Below are positions 9,601-18,684 of a DNA stretch of 54,512 bases, in pieces (position 1 is the first letter of the stretch; each line of letters opens with the position of its first letter). The stretch comes from Candidatus Hodarchaeota archaeon. GTDB lineage: Archaea > Asgardarchaeota > Heimdallarchaeia > Hodarchaeales > Hodarchaeaceae. The stretch is from the NCBI GenBank assembly GCA_016839785.1, contig JAEOTQ010000202.1, positions 1-54,512 on the forward strand, written 5' to 3'. A program made the position numbers and the translations under genes. The notes beneath the pieces were generated by a model. It did no database searches, had not been told where the DNA came from, and was given only the letters and a program-made list of their open reading frames with translations.

Positions 9601-12600
9601 TGATATCTTAAATTCATATTCTCCTGTTTCATAGAACGAAAGATAAGCATAAGAGGGATTCCATGGTTCTATATACAGTTCAGTCCATGAAGAATTCGAG
9701 GGGCGTTTAATGTATGCTTTTTCATCAGCAATGCCAGTAAGCGCATCACTGGCATTCCATGACAAATAAGAATAAGTCTGGTTGATAATACTTGTATACG
9801 GATGAACGACTTCAATTATAGGACTAGTAAGGTCAACAATTAGATTTCTTGAATCATAGAATACATTTGAATTGTTATCATACATATAAACAATAACATT
9901 ATGAACACCCTCTGTTAAATTGCTAAGCAACCAAGAATCGCTAGTAGTATTCCCTTGAACTAGTGAATCAAGTAATATTTCAAAATAGTCAAGGGAAGTG
10001 TTTTCAAGATACCAATTCCAGTTAACCATAGAAGAAGTTCCATTTGCCATCAAACTTGAGTAAGTAAAAGCTATTCCCTCATTAATCATATTAGCTTCCT
10101 TTAGAATATTGTCAAGAAATTTTTCATTATTCGCATAGTAGGTATAATAATCTATATCCCCTGACAAAGCAAGCAATCCTCCTAATCCTTCTACAAACGC
10201 CCCGACTATGTAGGTCCCATCTTCCGACCAGATAATTGGTTGAGCATTTCCTGAAAGGGTCCAAGTTCTGTAAGTATATCGAAAATAGAGTTGGGTGACA
10301 TCTTGAAAGAGAGGGTGGGAGGTATAGAAATTCGTAGTATAGAGCGAACCAGGACCATTTTGATTGAAGGATATCCCTTTAGTACCAAGCCAGCTTTCCA
10401 GAGGAGTTGCATATGTATCGCGGCCTACATACACCACCCAACCCCCTGAGTCCAAATAATCTTCTAATACTGACAATTCGGAACCAGTCCAGCTTCCTGA
10501 TCCTCCATATCCTATAAAAACGACTTCAAAACGTGTTAACCATGAAGTAGTCACCTCAATTTCATAGTTTAAATGGTCAACTATATATCCTTGACCCGAA
10601 TAGTAATTTGATATCCCACCCAAATTATCTTCAGAATGAGTCTGAATAATCCCAATTGCAGGAATATCAACTAGAATATTAATAATTTCATCCTTTCTAT
10701 TACCAGCATTGTCCCAAACTGATATTTTGAACTGATATTCTCCTACTTCATAGAACGAAAGATAAACATAAGAGGGATTCCAAGGTTCTATGTATAGTTC
10801 AGTCCACGAAGAATTTGAAGGGATTTTAATAAATGCTTTTTCATTAGCAACGCCAGTTAGCGCATCACTGGCATTCCATGACAAATGTGAATATGTTTGA
10901 TTGAACACACCAGATAATGGGTGGATTATCTCAATAATAGGCGTTGTTAAATCAACAATGAGATTTCTGGAGTCACTGAACGAATTTGAAGCATTATCAT
11001 ATAAATTGATAGTAATGTTAAAGACTCCTTCTGTTAATCCACTCAGAGGCCAATAATCGTTTGTTGTATTTCCCTGTAGCAAAGAGTCGAGATATATTTC
11101 AAAATAGTCAAGAGTAGTGTTTTCTAAATACCAATTCCAATCAATTGAAATCGTGGTTTCATTTGCCATCAAACTTGAGTATGTAAGAGCAATTCCCTCA
11201 TTTACCATTTCAGCTTCTTTCAGAATATTATCAAGAAAACCTTCATTATTCGCGTAATGAGTATAATAATCAATATCCCCAGATAAGGCAATTAATCCTC
11301 CTAAACCCTCCACAAACGCCCCGACTATGTAGGTCCCATCTTCCGACCAGATTATTGGTTGAGCAGATCCTGAAAGGGTCCAAGTTCTGTACGTATATCG
11401 AAAATAGAGCTGAGTGATATCTTGGAATAGAGGGTGGGAGGTATAGAAATTCGTAGTATAGAGAGAGCCAGGACCATTTTGATTGAAGGATATCCCTTTT
11501 GTGTTGAGCCAGCTTTCCAGGGGAGTTGCATATGTGTCACGGCCTACATACACCACCCATCCTCCTGAGTCCAAATAATCTTCTAATGCTGATAATTCGG
11601 AACCAATCCAGCTTCCTGATCCTCCATATCCAATAAACACAACGTCAAATCGGGAGAGCCATGAAAATGTAATAAAGCTGTCAGAATAAATATATTCATA
11701 GATATAACCCTTACTACTATAATAAGAAAGAATTCCCCCTAGATTATCCTCATAATGGTTTTGTACAAATCCCACGGAAGGTATATCTACAGTTATTAAG
11801 AAAATTTCATCTTTTCTATTACCTACTCTATCCCAGACTGATATTTTGAAGGAATATTGGCCAATTTGAGGGAAATATATTTGTGAATATGTCTGGTTGA
11901 ATAATGCTAATTCTGACCAAGAACTATTAGATGGAGATATCATGAATAATTTTGTCTGAATAATGAACGTAGTGGTATCTATGGAACTCCAATGAATATT
12001 CAAGTAATTTATTGTAACAATAGCTCCATCAGATGGACTTTCAAGAGTAATCACTGGTGCTGTTAAATCGATAAGAACATTTCTTGTAGTAACGTATTTT
12101 TTAGACTGATTATCACACAGAAGAACTGTGAGATTATGGGTTCCCTCTGTCAACCCAGAAAATGTCCAATTCTGACTTGTAGTATTCCCTTGTAGAATTT
12201 CATCGTAATATACTTCGAAATAGTCTAATGTAGTATTCGTTAATGTGTACCTCCAACCAATATTTGCTGTTGAAGTATTGATCAACAATTGTGTTTCGTA
12301 AAGGTATACACCCTCCTTTGAATCTTGATTCGATCCTGATATTATATTTTCTACTAGTTTTACATTATCTACATTATATAGAGAATAATCTAAGTCGCCT
12401 GCTGAGACAAAAATTGCCCCATTATATTCAAGGGCGCAAATTGTTTGATAAAATCCATCTTGGCTCCAAGCAATTGGTGAAAAGTCTCCTCCTAGGAAAT
12501 TCCAAGATCCAGAATACCTCAGATAGAATTGACTCACATTTTCAAATATGGGATGATTATGAAGGAACGTAGAACTATATGCACTTCCAGGACCTGAATC

Positions 12601-15348
12601 CTTCTGTTCTAGGCCTAATAAATTGAACCATTGCATCAATGGAACGGAATACCCTTGTCTCCCATTATAGAATATCCAACCACCACTTTCATAATACCGT
12701 GAAAGTGCTTGAATCTCCGACCTTTCCCAGAGATTTCCACCATATCCGATCCAGATAAGGTCAAACTGATTCAACCACTCGAGTGTTACCATCTGTCCTG
12801 AATATAGCGTTTCTACTCGTCCATTTAGTGTATAACAATAATTCTTTACATTACTAAGAGACCCCTCATAATGCGATTGTATAAAGCCGATAGAGAAGAA
12901 ATTAATTTCAATTTCAACCATAATTGTAGCAAGATTACCAGCCCAATCAGAAATTTCTAATTTAAGAATATGGACTCCTTCCTCTTGAAAAAATAGAGGT
13001 ACTCCATTACCAAAGGGATCGGGGAATTGTTTAGTTAAATTGGTGGTAGGAGATTTTAGCATCAGATTTTCTGTTATAACCCCTGTGTGATTATCCCAGC
13101 TGATCCAAGTCGAGTTACTGAATACTACCGTAATTTCAGTTCCATTCAGAGGCCTGAAAGAGGAAATACTTGGTGGTGTTTGATCAACTGATAGAACTTG
13201 ACTGTCTCGGAAGTGGTGAGTCTGATTATCGTGTATGATAATGGTTATGTTGTAATTTCCCTCATTTAATCCATGTAGAGTTACTGAATGGTTAGTTACA
13301 CTCCCAATAAATGATTCATTAACCCAAATATCAAGATGATCCATTTCTGCACCGCTAAGACTCCAATTCCATGATATTTCCTTCTGGGTGCTATTAGAAA
13401 GAAGTGATGCTGGATTAAAGAAGACCCCATCAGTAGTAGTATTGATTGCAGCATCTAATATATTCATAAGAAATTGACGATTATCCGCTTGATAAATCCC
13501 ATCATTAAAATTCCCTCCTATGGCTAAAAATGTTCCTAACTTAACAATTGCTCCAACAAATATTTTAGATCCGCCTTGATCCCAGATTACAGGATTAAAT
13601 GAATCACTAATTTGCCACTCACTAGCATCATCAAAATAAAGTGTATTAACATTCTCAAAGAGAGGAAAAGAAGTATTGAAATTGGAACTGTATGATGATC
13701 CAAGTGCATTTCCGAACTGTAAGCCAATTTTAGTTAACCATTTCGAATAAGATAGACTATTACTTGTCCCTCCTACCTGTAGAACCCACCCACCATTTGT
13801 AAACCACTCTTCAATATCTAATAATTCTTGGCGGGAATATGATTCAAAGCCTGAACCACCTATCAGTACTAGGTCTTTATTTTCAAACCATTCGGATGTC
13901 AATTCAGTAGATTCATTAAAAATATCAATATAGCATCCCTCATTCTGATAGTAATTTTGTATGTTCCACAGACCATCCTGAGCGTGATTTAAGGGAATAC
14001 CTATAACAATAATTTCTGCATTCACAATCAATTTGGTGATGTTTGTATTTCCCGCATTATCCATAATCCTGATTTCAAGAATATATGTCCCACTTTCATT
14101 AAAAGTTGTTTCTGCTGTACCACCATATATTGGATGGCTCCAAAAGGTAATATCTTGGTATATTGAGGAATTTTGAATATGTTGATAAACAAATTGTGTC
14201 TTTATCCCAGATAAATTATCGTTGACAGTCCAATTGAAGTCTAGGTACGCTTTTCGATGAAGCGTATTGTTTTCAAGTGAAATATATGTAATTTCTGGGA
14301 TAGTATAATCGAATGTCACTAATTGCCAAGCGTGATAGAAATTTGAAAAATCTGTCTCTACTGTAACAGAAATATTATAATCCCCTTCTAAAGGTGCAGT
14401 AACAATAAAAAAGGACTCTGAAGTACTCCCTTGAAAAATATCATCCAGAAAGATCTGTGTCACGACATTTGTTTCATTTTCTTTGAAATTGTACTTCCAT
14501 GAAAGGTTATAATCATTATTACTGTATTTAGAGGAGTAAATCTCGACTATTGGACTCCGTTCTCTCCAAGATATCATATTTCTAAAAAATTGGCTATTGT
14601 CATCATTATACAAGCTATAATAAAATTCCCCTGCTAAGATTAATAATTTTCCATCTCCAATATCAATGGATGTACCATAAACTCCTGTATTTGTCGAATC
14701 CCACAAAATTGACTTAGCTGGTTCTGCAACTATTAGTGAAGAAGAACCTGAGGGGATATAAAGTGAGCTGACATTCTCCATTAAGGGATGATTGGGATCA
14801 ATAATTGTTGTTGTCCCATGAACACCTTCACTAAACCCTGGTAACGATATTCCATACTTACGGGCGACTTCGATTGGTCCAGAATGTAAGTTCACATTTT
14901 CAATTGCGATGAAAATCCCTCCATTAGTAATATACTCTTCTAATGCTTCAATTTCCTCAGTGGACCAGAAATCTCCCTCTCCAGCGAACACGATCTCATA
15001 TGGAGATAAACTTTTTACAGAGATATTGGAATAGATAAGTTCCACAGAATATCCAGCTGATTCAAAAAATGATACAATGTGTTCACTCCCGAAGTTGTTA
15101 TGGACCATAAGGAAACCGATCTCAGAAATGTTATTTAATATCTTAGAATCATGTTTAGTATCCAATGGTAGAGAATTTACCAGATTATCAACAATAGAAG
15201 ATGTACTAGACTCTTCATCAAAGGGAGCAAGTCGGGAGATTTCTATTGAATTCAAGACATCAGAGGAATTAGAAATAATAAAATTAGAACCAAAAATTGG
15301 GCAAATAATAAGTAAAATTAAAAATATATTGAAAGATAACCCTCTCAT
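6604..15348 (-). CDS. Giant membrane-anchored surface glycoprotein: 8 GATase-fold (GIFT/DUF4350-like) domains alternating with 7 pairs of Ig-like domains
   Basis: Signal peptide, C-terminal TM and basic tail. Eight modules follow 'IG..xxHxE...W...EL..L..YL..GG...N..FL.NIL'. Seven Ig-like pairs carry 'D.T.P.I...W...D.AGN'. Many N-x-S/T sequons. Confidence 0.85.
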   Translation of the reverse strand: MRGLSFNIFLILLIICPIFGSNFIISNSSDVLNSIEISRLAPFDEESSTSSIVDNLVNSLPLDTKHDSKILNNISEIGFLMVHNNFGSEHIVSFFESAGYSVELIYSNISVKSLSPYEIVFAGEGDFWSTEEIEALEEYITNGGIFIAIENVNLHSGPIEVARKYGISLPGFSEGVHGTTTIIDPNHPLMENVSSLYIPSGSSSLIVAEPAKSILWDSTNTGVYGTSIDIGDGKLLILAGEFYYSLYNDDNSQFFRNMISWRERSPIVEIYSSKYSNNDYNLSWKYNFKENETNVVTQIFLDDIFQGSTSESFFIVTAPLEGDYNISVTVETDFSNFYHAWQLVTFDYTIPEITYISLENNTLHRKAYLDFNWTVNDNLSGIKTQFVYQHIQNSSIYQDITFWSHPIYGGTAETTFNESGTYILEIRIMDNAGNTNITKLIVNAEIIVIGIPLNHAQDGLWNIQNYYQNEGCYIDIFNESTELTSEWFENKDLVLIGGSGFESYSRQELLDIEEWFTNGGWVLQVGGTSNSLSYSKWLTKIGLQFGNALGSSYSSNFNTSFPLFENVNTLYFDDASEWQISDSFNPVIWDQGGSKIFVGAIVKLGTFLAIGGNFNDGIYQADNRQFLMNILDAAINTTTDGVFFNPASLLSNSTQKEISWNWSLSGAEMDHLDIWVNESFIGSVTNHSVTLHGLNEGNYNITIIIHDNQTHHFRDSQVLSVDQTPPSISSFRPLNGTEITVVFSNSTWISWDNHTGVITENLMLKSPTTNLTKQFPDPFGNGVPLFFQEEGVHILKLEISDWAGNLATIMVEIEINFFSIGFIQSHYEGSLSNVKNYCYTLNGRVETLYSGQMVTLEWLNQFDLIWIGYGGNLWERSEIQALSRYYESGGWIFYNGRQGYSVPLMQWFNLLGLEQKDSGPGSAYSSTFLHNHPIFENVSQFYLRYSGSWNFLGGDFSPIAWSQDGFYQTICALEYNGAIFVSAGDLDYSLYNVDNVKLVENIISGSNQDSKEGVYLYETQLLINTSTANIGWRYTLTNTTLDYFEVYYDEILQGNTTSQNWTFSGLTEGTHNLTVLLCDNQSKKYVTTRNVLIDLTAPVITLESPSDGAIVTINYLNIHWSSIDTTTFIIQTKLFMISPSNSSWSELALFNQTYSQIYFPQIGQYSFKISVWDRVGNRKDEIFLITVDIPSVGFVQNHYEDNLGGILSYYSSKGYIYEYIYSDSFITFSWLSRFDVVFIGYGGSGSWIGSELSALEDYLDSGGWVVYVGRDTYATPLESWLNTKGISFNQNGPGSLYTTNFYTSHPLFQDITQLYFRYTYRTWTLSGSAQPIIWSEDGTYIVGAFVEGLGGLIALSGDIDYYTHYANNEGFLDNILKEAEMVNEGIALTYSSLMANETTISIDWNWYLENTTLDYFEIYLDSLLQGNTTNDYWPLSGLTEGVFNITINLYDNASNSFSDSRNLIVDLTTPIIEIIHPLSGVFNQTYSHLSWNASDALTGVANEKAFIKIPSNSSWTELYIEPWNPSYVYLSFYEVGEYQFKISVWDNAGNRKDEIINILVDIPAIGIIQTHSEDNLGGISNYYSGQGYIVDHLNYEIEVTTSWLTRFEVVFIGYGGSGSWTGSELSVLEDYLDSGGWVVYVGRDTYATPLESWLGTKGISFNQNGPGSLYTTNFYTSHPLFQDVTQLYFRYTYRTWTLSGNAQPIIWSEDGTYIVGAFVEGLGGLLALSGDIDYYTYYANNEKFLDNILKEANMINEGIAFTYSSLMANGTSSMVNWNWYLENTSLDYFEILLDSLVQGNTTSDSWLLSNLTEGVHNVIVYMYDNNSNVFYDSRNLIVDLTSPIIEVVHPYTSIINQTYSYLSWNASDALTGIADEKAYIKRPSNSSWTELYIEPWNPSYAYLSFYETGEYEFKISVWDYAGNRHDEILPVLVDIRTIGIIQSHFEDNLGGISSFYNNQGFLVEYLNSGESVTFSWLTRFDVVFIGYSGSGSWTSTELTALENYLDSGGWVVYVGRDTYSTPLESWLGTKGITFTYNGPGTIYTSTFENVLPLFNGINELYLRYTFASWTLSGDAQPIIWSNDWSYIVGAFVEGLGGLIALSGDINYRTYYSDNEQFLLNILDESIRHREGISIQYSSLYINRTDPIIKWNWYLENTSLDRFEIYLDGVLQGNTTNSNWQLNNLVEGYYDFTIKMYNNNSQVFNHSRIILVDLIAPEIYISSPESTRIMNLYQTVIWNATDDSSGISILKVFWKISDESNWTEISLNYYDPFIIYFYFPIEGEYSFNFLVWDRAGNLGTLQLELDVDVLNAGFVENHNENRLYNLLDYLNYQNIQYEYLFFPDTVTYTWLMQFDIVFIGYGGDNTWTSLEFDALDAYLDAGGWILFVNRDSYTSNLYDWFVTKGIGKSDEGPNENVVTSDLNLLDSLMNDVETLYFRDVEQSLVVSIPASSMISYAGYVIGASYDSMGKLLVFSGDITYYMFEGDNEQYFNNILLEAYGEFSGIRVKGGPTIFINATSYDVVWFANPPNETTVLEYIVVLDGVTVGFTSDTQYLLTNLEEGQHTIKIIASLSNLEEILYEQTVIVDTVNPAIDILSPVDSSDVDVIYLDLIWVSSDIGSGINTHRIEDWDEAQQKWNLVSQTLETTFSYHIESSGTLKLRIIVFDNAGNTNIAIINVNVVVPEILYVRSHNEYYSGYLTELYQNLSIQKVIRYEPINETHLSTADIVIICGGSETWEPSELSALTDYLNKGGTVLIFTPQGLPVGIVNFLANYGLSLIPDEIEGGLTTYHSHRYPLFKNVTNFWVPTTILHLGVSVPSASIVYDPSGEYSIIAKYEGIGKILLFACHPNEILHHGDNNIFFSNIIDWINAEEGTSNPQDSTMMITLVLLIISLVGVTSFLIIIQKFLPLLKRSL
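8870..12230. repeat. Intragenic tandem repeat, period 1119 bp (373 aa), about 3 closely related copies
   Basis: TACACCACCC recurs at 9311, 10430 and 11549. CCCGACTATGTAGGTCCCATCTTCCGACCAGAT occurs at 10201 and 11320. Outer limits are approximate. Confidence 0.85.
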
Positions 15349-15613
15349 TTCATCTAACTTCCGAAAAATTTACTCAGGATCGCTGTGTGTAATTATAAGG
15401 AGCAATCATGTTTTGTTCTCGAGATGCCTAGGAAATTGTAACATAATAGGGCCCCTCTTAATTCTTCTTCAGATTCAGCACTAGAGATTATAAGTGTAAT
15501 TTCGAGATCCTTGTTTTATAAGGAGTATTTAAGTGTGGAAATCCTTTTGAACGTAATTAAGTTCAAATCGAAGAATGTCACCAATTTTTTGATTTCTTTT
15601 GAGAGTGAACGGT

Positions 15614-16021
15614 ATGACAACAGAATTGAAAGAAGAGTCGAGTATTAGAGTTATTATGTTAGGACTAGTAGCGATGTTAGTATTACTAGTATTAGCGGGA
15701 ATAACTAAAGCATTAATTGTTCCAACAGGTGTAGTGGTTGAAATAGATACTTTGTTCTATAGTATGTTTTTTGCGGCAAGTTTAGGTGTTTTTTCAATCG
15801 CTTTTATTAGCCAAGGGTTGTCTGAGGATAACAATCTTATAAGAATTATTTGTTTCACGTTTGGGTTCCTATGTGCAATTTCTACCTTATTTGGATTTGA
15901 TTTTGTCGTTGTAGGACTTCTCACAGGTGTTGGTGCAATATTAATCGCTGAATTATTCGTTTTTGCTGCATTAGGATTTGCAATAACTGCTACAGGCATT
16001 TATCTAATCAGGAGGGCTTAA
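15614..16021 (+). CDS. 4-TM membrane protein
   Basis: Four hydrophobic helices; first gene of a tightly packed operon; ATG 15614 chosen as start. Confidence 0.75.
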   Translation: MTTELKEESSIRVIMLGLVAMLVLLVLAGITKALIVPTGVVVEIDTLFYSMFFAASLGVFSIAFISQGLSEDNNLIRIICFTFGFLCAISTLFGFDFVVVGLLTGVGAILIAELFVFAALGFAITATGIYLIRRA

Positions 16022-16022
16022 A

Positions 16023-16391
16023 ATGTCTACACTAGAAGAATATTTGAAACCTTCAGTTATTGCAAAGCTATCATTTTGGTTAGGAGGCGTCCTAGCAGGA
16101 ATCTCGATGCTATTTTATGTTCTCCAAATTGCTAGGTTAAATGCAGAATTTTATGTCCTACAGGCCCCATTTGGGGTGCTATTCCTATTGTTGGTAGTTG
16201 TGATAATCGCAGTTGGAATTTTTGTACTTACAAACATTTACGATCTATTGAATCGACTTGAAGATGCTGGATATTTCTCGCCAGTTACAAAAACTCTACT
16301 ATTGACGATGATCTTCTTGATAATTACAAGTATTGAACTAGTAGGATTGATGGTCTATTATTTAATCCGAATACCATTTATTGGTACTTAG
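16023..16391 (+). CDS. 3-TM membrane protein
   Basis: Three hydrophobic helices; starts 1 nt after the upstream stop. Confidence 0.75.
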   Translation: MSTLEEYLKPSVIAKLSFWLGGVLAGISMLFYVLQIARLNAEFYVLQAPFGVLFLLLVVVIIAVGIFVLTNIYDLLNRLEDAGYFSPVTKTLLLTMIFLIITSIELVGLMVYYLIRIPFIGT

Positions 16392-16440
16392 GAATATAAT
16401 TCTAATCCATCTCCTTCTTTTTCCCAAGAAAGGTTCTTCT

Positions 16441-17262
16441 ATGAGGCCTCTTAAGCGTTTAATGGCAATAATTCTCGTAGTAATCCCCCTGATGACTTCT
16501 GTATTAGTAAATTCACGTTCCATTCTTGGGAGCCCAAATGATGGAATCTTCCCTCCTGAAGGTTCTTATTTAAATTATGGATTAGCTTATGAGAGAATTC
16601 TTCCAAATGGGAACTTTTTAGGCATCGTTGGGAATGCTGAAGTCAATTACTTCAATAGTGTGAATTCTACTCATATTCAGATGAGACTTGAAGCTGTAGT
16701 TGATCTATCTTGGATCCAAGACAAGCAGGATCTAAATATGACACAGCATATAATCACACGAAGTATCACGATCCAGAATCACCAAGGAAAAATTATAAAT
16801 GGGGTCCTCTTTCATTTTGGTAATGAAATCCAAATATATAATCCCATTTTTATACCTTTAGAAAATATCAGTAACAAGTCGGATGTCATTTTATGGTCAT
16901 ACAACGCATTTTATTCTCAAACACGTTCAGTTCAATGGAATTATAAAGAGATAGAAGTAGCAGAATATTTCTTCAAAGATGAAGCATATTCAAAACTCAG
17001 TGTCAACGCGAGTTTTCACCTTTCCACAGGAATCTTAATCCACGCACGATGTCACTTTCTGGAAAATGCTTTTGAGGGCAAAATTCAACATGTTCTTTAT
17101 GTAATTCTAGAAAATACTAATATTCCTATAATGGGAATCCCAGACATCTCATCTTTATTTTTATTTATCGGATTTGCCTCGATTTTTTCAATACTTCCGT
17201 TTTTCATTCTTATCATTCGGTTTTCTAAACGATCAAAGATTATTTTGGAAGGAGGCAAATAA
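16441..17262 (+). CDS. Secreted beta-rich protein with C-terminal TM anchor
   Basis: Signal peptide MRPLKRLMAIILVVIPL, a 'GSYLNY...FHLSTGILI' beta-rich domain and a C-terminal TM. Confidence 0.75.
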   Translation: MRPLKRLMAIILVVIPLMTSVLVNSRSILGSPNDGIFPPEGSYLNYGLAYERILPNGNFLGIVGNAEVNYFNSVNSTHIQMRLEAVVDLSWIQDKQDLNMTQHIITRSITIQNHQGKIINGVLFHFGNEIQIYNPIFIPLENISNKSDVILWSYNAFYSQTRSVQWNYKEIEVAEYFFKDEAYSKLSVNASFHLSTGILIHARCHFLENAFEGKIQHVLYVILENTNIPIMGIPDISSLFLFIGFASIFSILPFFILIIRFSKRSKIILEGGK

Positions 17263-17908
17263 AACGATTCTAAATGTTGATCAAATATCGAAAATTCATG
17301 GAAGCAGATTTTCACGAATCCGAATAAAAGCTTTGGACAGAGTATCACTCTCAATAGATCAAGGAGAGCTCGTGTGCATAAGTGGAGGCAATGGATCTGG
17401 AAAATCAACATTCCTGAGAATTATTGCTGGTTTAAGTTCTCCGACATCAGGAACAATTAAAATAAAATTGAATCAGGAAATCAGGAAGCCCTCACCTAGG
17501 ATTGGATTCTGTCCAGATAATCCAGAAATCTATCGTAACGTATCAGTTTCAGACTTTCTCAATTTTATTTCATGTATAATTCCATTAGAGATAAGAGAAT
17601 CGCAATTAATTGAATTTGTTAGAATATTTGACCTAATAAAATGGTTAAATGTACCAATTGGAACATTGTCGAAGGGAATGTTGCATAAAGTGGCCTTAAT
17701 TGCATCAATGATTGATAGCCCACAATTACTTATACTAGATGAGCCATTTTCTTCACTCGATGAGAAAAGTGCAGATGTATTGATAAAAAAACTAAGATCA
17801 CTAGCGTCTATGGGTTCTAGTATAATATTCGCAGATCCTAGTAGGGACCGATCCGAAAAAATGGCTGATAAAACATTTAATCTCGATAAGTCAAAGGTGA
17901 TGTCTTGA
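17174..17908 (+). CDS. ABC transporter ATP-binding protein (start uncertain; H-loop atypical)
   Basis: Walker A GGNGSGKST, signature LSKGM, Walker B/D-loop LLILDEPFSSLD. The H-loop region reads IIFADP. Confidence 0.88.
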   Translation: MPRFFQYFRFSFLSFGFLNDQRLFWKEANKTILNVDQISKIHGSRFSRIRIKALDRVSLSIDQGELVCISGGNGSGKSTFLRIIAGLSSPTSGTIKIKLNQEIRKPSPRIGFCPDNPEIYRNVSVSDFLNFISCIIPLEIRESQLIEFVRIFDLIKWLNVPIGTLSKGMLHKVALIASMIDSPQLLILDEPFSSLDEKSADVLIKKLRSLASMGSSIIFADPSRDRSEKMADKTFNLDKSKVMS

Positions 17909-18684
17909 GTATCAAAGAAATTATTAAATTTGATATCAAACGGTCATTCTCATCCTTATTAGTAATATCCATATTGCCTATCTCATTACTACTCATTCTA
18001 GTTCTATATTTCTATTTAATATTCTCAGGAGCGATTTTAACAACATCTAATCAAAAGGAAATCTTATATCTTGTAGCACGTATGTTTGCTTTTATCCTCC
18101 AATTCATATTAAGTATTTACTCCATCATCGTAGGCACTTACCTCCTTGATGACTCATCTATGTCATTCATTATAACCAGTCTAGGTAGTAGGCGAAAACC
18201 ATATTTGGCACGTATTGTGAGCACTAGCGTATTGTTAACGTTAGTAAACATAACATTTCTGACAATTTTTTACTGCTTTTCCTTTATATTCATAACCCCC
18301 CCAAGTTTGGGTTTAATTCTTGTATTTTTTAGTGTAGGGTCAATGGACATTCTTACATTCTCTTCAATAACGTTTTTAGGGTATATTCTTATTAAAATGG
18401 TCGGAATACGTCCAGTACTATCATCTCTTGTTCCACTATCCATTTTATTTGTTCTTCCACAGTTTTTGTACAATGGAATTTCTGTAGGTATATTACCAAC
18501 CATTTTTTACTCCCTCACACTGCAATTTCATCTGTCTACTATAGCGAATTATTTAATTCCCTCCCCATATATTATTCCAGTAGCCACGGACTTATTACTA
18601 GTTTCATTGATAACAATTTCAATTTGTGTTGTATCTACATATGTTTCTGGTTTAGTATTAGCAAAATTTCTGGAGTATCAATAA
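17905..18684 (+). CDS. ABC-2-type exporter permease
   Basis: Six TM segments and 'TSLGSRRKPYLAR' (like the P.SR..I...K motif); overlaps the ATPase stop by 4 nt. Confidence 0.75.
   Translation: MSIKEIIKFDIKRSFSSLLVISILPISLLLILVLYFYLIFSGAILTTSNQKEILYLVARMFAFILQFILSIYSIIVGTYLLDDSSMSFIITSLGSRRKPYLARIVSTSVLLTLVNITFLTIFYCFSFIFITPPSLGLILVFFSVGSMDILTFSSITFLGYILIKMVGIRPVLSSLVPLSILFVLPQFLYNGISVGILPTIFYSLTLQFHLSTIANYLIPSPYIIPVATDLLLVSLITISICVVSTYVSGLVLAKFLEYQ

Noticed and set aside
8870-12230. Repeats in the giant gene as CRISPR or mobile DNA
   Set aside because: They are in-frame 1119-bp coding modules with no spacer structure, cas genes or transposase.
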